NCBI GenBank assembly: GCA_050259555.1
Contig: JBLNAW010000220.1
Location: forward strand, 1-44,394
Reading direction: 5' to 3'
Source: Solirubrobacterales bacterium
GTDB lineage: Bacteria > Actinomycetota > UBA4738 > HRBIN12
Length of the DNA stretch: 44,394 bases
Part shown: positions 38,312 through 44,394 of the stretch, in pieces
Layout of the letters: every line of letters starts with the position of its first letter
How positions within the stretch are numbered: the stretch's first letter is position 1
The notes under the pieces: model-generated
Seen by the model: the letters and a program-made list of their open reading frames with translations, nothing else
Database searches by the model: none
What the model was told of the DNA's origin: nothing
Translations under genes and position numbers: made by a program

Positions 38312-39417
38312 CGGTGACCGCCCGCGCGGAGGACCACGGCGGCGAGCGCCTCGGCCGCGTCAGGTCGAGACCACGAACGCATGTGCTCCCTCATCGAGGC
38401 GAGCCGCGCGGGATCTCCAATCAGGGAGAGGACGAGGGAGGCGAGGACCTCGCCGGACAGGGCGGCATCGGGCAGTCGGACGGCCGCCCCCGCCCGCTCG
38501 AGCGCACGCGCGTTCGCGTCCTGGTGACCGCCCGTCGCATGCGGGTACGGGACGAGGACCGCGGGGACGCCGCAGACGGAGACCTCGGCGCACGTCGTCG
38601 CGCCGGCCCGCGAGATCACGAGGTCCGCGACCGCGTACGCGAGCTCCATCCGGTCGAGGAACCCTCGCACGCGCGCCCGGACGCCGCTCGCGGTCGCGAG
38701 CGCTTCCGAGATCCGGCGCTCGTGCGCGGAACCGGTGAGGATGAGCACCTGGAGGTCCCCCCGCTCGCGGAGACGGCCGATCGCGTCCACGGCGGCCGCG
38801 TTGACGTGGAGCGCGCCCTGGCTGCCCCCGAAGACGACGACGGTTCGTCGGCCCGGTTCCAGATCGAGCTCGACGAGGGCCTCCTTCGCGAGCGCCTCGC
38901 GACCTGCCTCGACGGCCAGGACCTGCTCTCGGACGGGGTTCCCGGTGATGACGGTCCGGGCGCGCCGAGGCATGCGCTCGGCGGCCTCGCCGAACGTGAG
39001 CGCGACCGCCCGGGCCCGGTGCGCGAGGACGCGGTTCGCGAGACCCGGGACCGCGTTCTGCTCGTGGATCACGAGGGGCCGCTTGGCTCTCACGGCGGCG
39101 AGACCGACCGGAAGGCTCACGTACCCGCCCATCCCGACGACCACGTCCGCACGCTCCACGAGCGGCCGGCACGCCGAGACGGAGCGGATCGCCGCGACCG
39201 GCGCCGTTACCGCGTCGAGCGACAGCTCGCGCTTGAGGGGACGTGCCTCGACCGCCTCGAACGGGAAGCCGGCGTCGGGGACGAGCCGAGCCTCCTGGCC
39301 GGTCGCGGTTCCGGCGAATCGGACCTCGACCCGGTGCTCGTCCGCGAGCCGGCGCGCCAGCGCGAGCGCGGGGAACACATGTCCCGCCGTACCACCCCCT
39401 GCGATGAGCACCCTCAC
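38308..39417 (-). CDS. murG: UDP-GlcNAc:lipid I N-acetylglucosamine transferase
   Basis: GTG at 39417 overlaps the ftsW stop (GTGA). 369 aa with VLIAGGGTAGHVFPALA, HEQNAVPG, GGSQGA and ISRAGATTCAE. Confidence 0.9.
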
Positions 39418-40640
39418 GTGGCACCTCGCCGAACCGGCAGGCGACGCGAGGACGCCTTCGCCGCCGGCGCGCGGGCGATGTTCCACAAGATCCCAACGGC
39501 CGCGAGCGACACGACGAGCGACGAGCCGCCATAGGAAAGGAACGGCAGCGGCACGCCCGTGATCGGGAGCAGCCCGGTGACCGCGCCGAGGTTCACGAGC
39601 GTCTGCAGCCCGAACCACGCCACGATGCCCGCGGCGAGTAGGCGTCCGAACACGTCGGGGGCTCGCGCGGCGATCCGGATGCCCGCGAAGACAAGCACGC
39701 CGAACGCGAGCAACACGAGGACCTCGCCGATGAGCCCCAGCTCCTCGCCGAGGATCGAGAAGATGAAGTCGGTGTGCGCGTTCGGCACGTACATCCACTT
39801 CTGACGGCTCGCGCCGAGCCCCACTCCGAACCACCCACCCGAGCCGAGCGCGATCAGCGACTGCACGAGCTGGTACCCGGTGTCCGTGGCATCGGCCCAC
39901 GGATGCAGGAACGCGAGGAACCGCACGCGCCGGTAATCGGCGCTGAAGATCAGCGCCATGCCGAGCGCCGAGCCCACGAGCCAGGTCGCGAGCAGGTATC
40001 GGAACCGGACGCCAGCCACGAACAGAAGCAGGAACAGCGTGCCGGCGATGATCAGCGTCGTCCCCAAGTCTGGCTGCAGCATCACGAGCCCCGTCACGAT
40101 CACGACCACCGGCAGGAGCGGAAGCGCGAGGTGCCCGATCTGGTCGAGCTTGCCCCACTTGCGGGCCAGCACGCTCGCAGCGAACACGACGAGCGCGAGC
40201 TTCGCGATCTCGGAGGGCTGGATCGTGACCGGTCCGAACTCGAGCCATCGCGACGATCCGTACGCGGAGACCCCCGCACCGGGATGCAAGACGGACACGA
40301 GGAGCACGAGCGTGACGAGGAGGAACGGCACCGCGAGGCGCTGCCAGACGTGGTACCGCATCCGGGACGTCAGCAGGAGTGCGCCGACACCGACCGTTGC
40401 GTAGGTCGCCTGTCGCTGGAAGAAGCGGAACGAGTCGCCGAACTGCGCGTAGGCCGAGATGGAGCTCGCCGAGAGCACCATCACGAGTCCGCCGAGCACC
40501 AGGAACGCCGTCGAGCCGAGCAACAGGTAGGTCGTCCGCCGAACGGCTGCATCGTCTCCGGCACGTGTCAGCGACGCATCTGCCGGCCGGACGACGCGGA
40601 GGTGCCGTGGTCGTTCGACGATGACGCTACGGCTGGACAC
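39414..40640 (-). CDS. ftsW: SEDS-family peptidoglycan polymerase FtsW
   Basis: 408 aa with ~10 TM segments, QPSEIAKL, TDFIFSILGEELG and PLPFLSYGGSS. The GTG start overlaps the end of murD by 14 nt. Confidence 0.9.
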   Translation of the reverse strand: MSSRSVIVERPRHLRVVRPADASLTRAGDDAAVRRTTYLLLGSTAFLVLGGLVMVLSASSISAYAQFGDSFRFFQRQATYATVGVGALLLTSRMRYHVWQRLAVPFLLVTLVLLVSVLHPGAGVSAYGSSRWLEFGPVTIQPSEIAKLALVVFAASVLARKWGKLDQIGHLALPLLPVVVIVTGLVMLQPDLGTTLIIAGTLFLLLFVAGVRFRYLLATWLVGSALGMALIFSADYRRVRFLAFLHPWADATDTGYQLVQSLIALGSGGWFGVGLGASRQKWMYVPNAHTDFIFSILGEELGLIGEVLVLLAFGVLVFAGIRIAARAPDVFGRLLAAGIVAWFGLQTLVNLGAVTGLLPITGVPLPFLSYGGSSLVVSLAAVGILWNIARAPAAKASSRRLPVRRGAT

Positions 40641-41985
40641 GGGCGGCCTCCGGTCTCAGTGCGCGAGCGGCCGCGGCGAACCGCTCGCCGCGCTCCACGT
40701 AGTCGCGGAACATGTCCCAGCTCGCGCAGGCGGGCGCGAGCAGCACCGTGCCGCGCTCGGGCGTCATCTCGAAGGCGACCTGCACGGCCTCCTCGATCGA
40801 GCCGGCGGTCCGAACCGGCGTGAGGCCCTCGAACACGGTCATGACCTCGGGACCGGACTCGCCGATCGCCACGACCCCGGCGAGCGACGACCTCGCCTCG
40901 GCGAGCGGCGAGAGGTCGACGCCCTTCGCCATCCCGCCCGCGATGAGCACCACGTCGCGCTTGCCACGCAGGGCGTGGAGCGCGGCGTGCACGTTCGTCG
41001 CCTTCGAGTCGTCGAGGAACCGGACCGATCCGACGCGCGCGACCTCCTCGCCCCGGTGCGGCAGCGGGGTCATCGAGCCGATCGCCTCGGCGACGGCCTC
41101 CGCCGGCAGTCCGTACGCGAGTCCCGCGGCGGCGGCCGCGGCACAGTCGAGGAGGAACCCCGCCGCATCGTGGACGGGCCGGCCGAGATCGACCAGCTCG
41201 CCGTCCGGTCGCCGAGCCGCGATCCGCCCCTCGACCGCGCCGACCTCGCCCGGGCCGGGCGCTCCGCCGCGGAACCACGTCACCCGGCACGGTGCCGTCC
41301 TCGAGATCGAGGCGGCCGCGGGATCGTCCGCGTTGCCGACGTGCACGTCGTCGTCGCCTTGCAGCTCGAACACCCGAGCCTTCGCCGATGCATACGCGCG
41401 CTCCGACCCGTGCCAGTCCAGGTGATCGGGCGCGACGTTCAGCAGGACCGACACCCGAGGATGCACCCAGTGGTGGAACCGCAGCTGGAACGACGATGCC
41501 TCGACGGACAGGGCCTCGTGGCCCTCGCGCGCGGCGACCGAGAACGGATGCCCGATGTTCCCGCACGCGACCGCGTCCAACCCGGCCCGCGAGAGCATCG
41601 CCGCGATGAGTTTCGTCGTCGTCGACTTCCCGTTCGTCCCGGTGATCGCCACGTACGGCACCCGGCACAGCCGCGCGCCGATGTCGAGCTCGCTCCAGAC
41701 GGGGATCTCGCGCTCCGCCGCCCATCGCAGGATGGGGGCGTGCTCGGGCACGCCCGGACTGGCGACCACCGCGTCCACGTCCTCGAGATCGGCGGGCTCG
41801 TGACCGCCGAGACGCACCTCGACGCCGAGCGCGGCGAGCTCGTCCGCGGCCTCGACCGCGGTGCGCTCCTCGGAGGCCCGCACGCGCGCACCCTCCGCGA
41901 CGAGGACCCGCGCGGCGGCGCTGCCCGCCACGCCGAGACCCACCACGAGGAAGCGCTCGCCCTCGAACACGCCGGCCGGACTCAC
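40627..41985 (-). CDS. murD: UDP-N-acetylmuramoylalanine--D-glutamate ligase
   Basis: GTG at 41985 overlaps the mraY stop (GTGA). 452 aa with VVGLGVAGSAAA, ITGTNGKSTTT and DDSKATN. Confidence 0.9.
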   Translation of the reverse strand: MSPAGVFEGERFLVVGLGVAGSAAARVLVAEGARVRASEERTAVEAADELAALGVEVRLGGHEPADLEDVDAVVASPGVPEHAPILRWAAEREIPVWSELDIGARLCRVPYVAITGTNGKSTTTKLIAAMLSRAGLDAVACGNIGHPFSVAAREGHEALSVEASSFQLRFHHWVHPRVSVLLNVAPDHLDWHGSERAYASAKARVFELQGDDDVHVGNADDPAAASISRTAPCRVTWFRGGAPGPGEVGAVEGRIAARRPDGELVDLGRPVHDAAGFLLDCAAAAAAGLAYGLPAEAVAEAIGSMTPLPHRGEEVARVGSVRFLDDSKATNVHAALHALRGKRDVVLIAGGMAKGVDLSPLAEARSSLAGVVAIGESGPEVMTVFEGLTPVRTAGSIEEAVQVAFEMTPERGTVLLAPACASWDMFRDYVERGERFAAAARALRPEAARVQP

Positions 41986-43031
41986 CCGAGCCCTCCTCGC
42001 GCGATGAAGTCGTAGTAGAAGAGCCCGAGCCCGACCGCGACGCAGAGGCCCGCGACGATCCAGAAGCGGACGATCACCGTGAATTCGGGCCAGCCGGCGA
42101 GCTCGAAGTGGTGATGGATCGGCGACATCCGGAAGACCCGCTTGTGGAAGCCGCGGAACGAGATCACCTGCACGATCACCGAGGTCGTCTCGATCACGAA
42201 CAGCCCGCCGAGGACGACCAGCAGCAGTTGGGTGTCGGTCGCGATCGCGAGCGCCCCCATCAACCCGCCGAGCGCGAGCGCACCCGTATCGCCCATGAAG
42301 ATCCGTGCCGGGGCCGCGTTCCACCAGAGGAACCCGGCGACGGCGCCGGCCGTCCCGCCCGCGATCACCGCGAGATCGAGCGCGTCGTCCGGGTTGACCG
42401 GGTAGCACGCTTCCTCGGGGCCGAGCCCGCACGCGTGGCGGAACTGCCAGAACGCGATGAACACGAACGCGGAGAACACGAAGATCGAGGAGCCCGACGC
42501 GAGTCCGTCGAGACCGTCGGTGAGGTTCACACCGTTCGACGACGACGCGAGGATCACGAAGACCCACACGACGAAGAACACGCCGAGATCGATCCCGGTC
42601 TCGCGGAAGAACGAGAGCTCGGTCGAGACGTGACCCCACTTCACGGCGGCGACCGTGAACACGATCGCGACGATCGCCTGTCCGGCGATCTTCGCCGACT
42701 TCGACAGACCGAGCGATCGCCGGCGACGGACCTTGATGAAGTCGTCGACGAACCCGAGCGCGCCGAAGCAGAAGGCCGCCACGAGCACCGCGAGCCCGCC
42801 CGCCGTCAGCCCCCCGAGCACGAGGTGCGCGGCCAGGTACCCACCGAGCATCCCCGCGAGGATCACCACGCCGCCCATCGTCGGGGTCCCCATCTTCTCG
42901 AGGTGGGTGTGTGGTCCGTCCTCGCGGATCCGCTGCCCCCATCCCCAGAGACGGAACGCGCGGATCGCGAGTGGCGTGCCGAGCAGCGTGATCGCGAGCC
43001 CGATCGCGGCAGCCACGAGGATGCCCCTCAC
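41982..43031 (-). CDS. mraY: phospho-N-acetylmuramoyl-pentapeptide transferase
   Basis: GTG at 43031 overlaps the murF stop (GTGA). 349 aa with GTPTMGG, GFVDDFIKV, NLTDGLDGLA, MGDTGALALGG and PIHHHFE. Confidence 0.95.
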   Translation of the reverse strand: MRGILVAAAIGLAITLLGTPLAIRAFRLWGWGQRIREDGPHTHLEKMGTPTMGGVVILAGMLGGYLAAHLVLGGLTAGGLAVLVAAFCFGALGFVDDFIKVRRRRSLGLSKSAKIAGQAIVAIVFTVAAVKWGHVSTELSFFRETGIDLGVFFVVWVFVILASSSNGVNLTDGLDGLASGSSIFVFSAFVFIAFWQFRHACGLGPEEACYPVNPDDALDLAVIAGGTAGAVAGFLWWNAAPARIFMGDTGALALGGLMGALAIATDTQLLLVVLGGLFVIETTSVIVQVISFRGFHKRVFRMSPIHHHFELAGWPEFTVIVRFWIVAGLCVAVGLGLFYYDFIARGGLG

Positions 43032-44389
43032 CGCAAGGCCTCCGCCAGCCGCTCGAGGCCCACGACCCGCGAGCCCTTGATCAGCACGACGTCGCCCGGG
43101 CGGAGCCACGCGCGGAGATCCGCGAGCGCCTCCTCCGGCGTGTCCACGTCGACGGCGTCCTCGGGCAACTGCCCCTCGCGGACCGCCGCGCGGTGGATCA
43201 TCCGCGCTCGCTCGCCGACCGTCACGAGCCGCTCGACGCCGATCCGCACGATGAGCTCGCCGAGCCGCTCGTGCTCGTCGAGCGCGATCGGACCGAGCTC
43301 GGCCATATGCCCCAGGACCGCCGCGAGCCGGCCCTCCCGCGCCATCCACCGGGCGGCCTTCAGTCCGGCCGCCATCGACTCCGGGTTCGCGTTGTACGCA
43401 TCGTTGACGATCCGGGCGCCGTCGGGCGTCTCGAAGCTCTCCATCCGCCACGCCGACACCCGGGCGCCCTTCAGCGCCACCGCGCACTCGGCCGCGGACA
43501 GCCCGAGCGTCGACCCGACCGCCGCGGCGGCGAGGGCGTTCGGCACCATGTGCTCACCCGGCACCGCGAGCTCTACGTGCTCGCGCCCGCCGTCGATCTC
43601 GAGCACGAACCGCGCACGTCCGTCGTGATCGAGCTCGATCCTGCTCGCCCGCACGTCGGCATCGCGGCCGAGCCCGAACCAGCGAACGTGCGCCGACGTC
43701 CGCCGCTCGTACCCCCGCACGACGGGATCGTCGGCGTTCAAGATCGCGGTGCCGTCGCGGCCGAGGGTCTCCACCGGTTCGGCGGAGGCATCGACGATCG
43801 CCTCCCAGGAGCCGAACACCTCCATGTGGGCGACGCCGACGTTCGTCACGACGACGACGTCGGGCCGTGCGATCTCGCAGAGCAGCGCGACGTCGCCGAT
43901 CCGCCGGGCACCGAGCTCCGCGATGACGACCTCCGCGTCGGGCGGCGCGCCGAGCAGCGTGATCGGCACGCCGACCTCCGTGTTGAACGACGCGGGACTG
44001 GCGTGGGTGCGGAACCGGGCCGACACGACGGCCGCCGCCATGTCCTTGGTCGAGGTCTTGCCGTTCGCGCCCGTGATGCCGACGACGGTCGCGTCCTTCC
44101 GGCGATCGCGCTCGTTCCGCGCGAGCTCGAGCAGCGCGACACCGGTGTCGGGGACCTCGACGCACGGATACCCGTCGACGGACCGGCGCACGAGCGCGGC
44201 GGCTGCACCTCGCGCCATGGCCTCGGCCACGAAGTCGTGTCCGTCCACCCGTTCACCCGGCAGCGCGACGAACAACGTCCCCGGAACCGCGGAGCGGCTG
44301 TCGCTGGCCGCCGAGATCACGACCACGTCCTCGCCGTGGACGCGGCCGCCGACGACCGCCGCGACCTCGGACAGCCGGCGGGCGATCAC
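43028..44389 (-). CDS. murF: UDP-N-acetylmuramoyl-tripeptide--D-alanyl-D-alanine ligase
   Basis: 453 aa with VGITGANGKTSTK, NVGVAHME and NDAYNANP. The GTG at 44389 again sits in a GTGA with the stop of an upstream ORF (presumably murE), of which only ~2 codons are in the window. Confidence 0.9.
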   Translation of the reverse strand: MIARRLSEVAAVVGGRVHGEDVVVISAASDSRSAVPGTLFVALPGERVDGHDFVAEAMARGAAAALVRRSVDGYPCVEVPDTGVALLELARNERDRRKDATVVGITGANGKTSTKDMAAAVVSARFRTHASPASFNTEVGVPITLLGAPPDAEVVIAELGARRIGDVALLCEIARPDVVVVTNVGVAHMEVFGSWEAIVDASAEPVETLGRDGTAILNADDPVVRGYERRTSAHVRWFGLGRDADVRASRIELDHDGRARFVLEIDGGREHVELAVPGEHMVPNALAAAAVGSTLGLSAAECAVALKGARVSAWRMESFETPDGARIVNDAYNANPESMAAGLKAARWMAREGRLAAVLGHMAELGPIALDEHERLGELIVRIGVERLVTVGERARMIHRAAVREGQLPEDAVDVDTPEEALADLRAWLRPGDVVLIKGSRVVGLERLAEALR

Positions 44390-44394
44390 GATGT

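Overview
This is a high-GC (roughly 70% by eye) chromosomal core segment with Actinomycetota-like synteny. From left to right it contains:
- polA (partial, minus strand) and an FTR1/EfeU-type iron permease (+).
- A 408-nt convergent intergenic gap with a strong orphan promoter and a structured GC-rich RNA candidate.
- A polar amino-acid ABC operon (SBP-permease-ATPase, minus) whose solute-binding protein looks circularly permuted.
- An orphan LivK-like SBP and tRNA-Leu(CAA).
- A catabolic-looking operon livK-livH-livM-livG-livF-OCD-DAO (minus), in which livM is broken by a perfect 40-bp tandem duplication.
- hisA/priA-trpC-trpB-trpA (minus), a Lon N-domain protein (+), dnaE (minus) and a Cas4/AddB-like Fe-S PD-(D/E)XK nuclease (+).
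- rluD-lspA-TraR/DksA-DUF167 (minus), then a T-box leader plus ileS (+).
- The division and cell-wall block divIVA-yggT-sepF-yggS-pgeF-ftsZ-ftsQ-murB-murC-murG-ftsW-murD-mraY-murF (minus).

Many ORFs in the supplied track are run-on or antisense shadow ORFs, as is typical of high-GC DNA. I placed true starts at GTG/ATG codons that overlap the upstream stop (GTGA/ATGA) or follow a Shine-Dalgarno sequence.

I see no mobile element, CRISPR array, toxin-antitoxin pair or recognisable defence cassette, and no convincing novel multi-gene system. The most unusual items are the permuted SBP, the 40-bp duplication in livM, the orphan promoter/RNA candidate, the hisA-family gene sitting where trpF would be, and a small unlisted membrane ORF with a CTGA start/stop overlap. 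All calls rest on motif recognition by eye; no searches were run.
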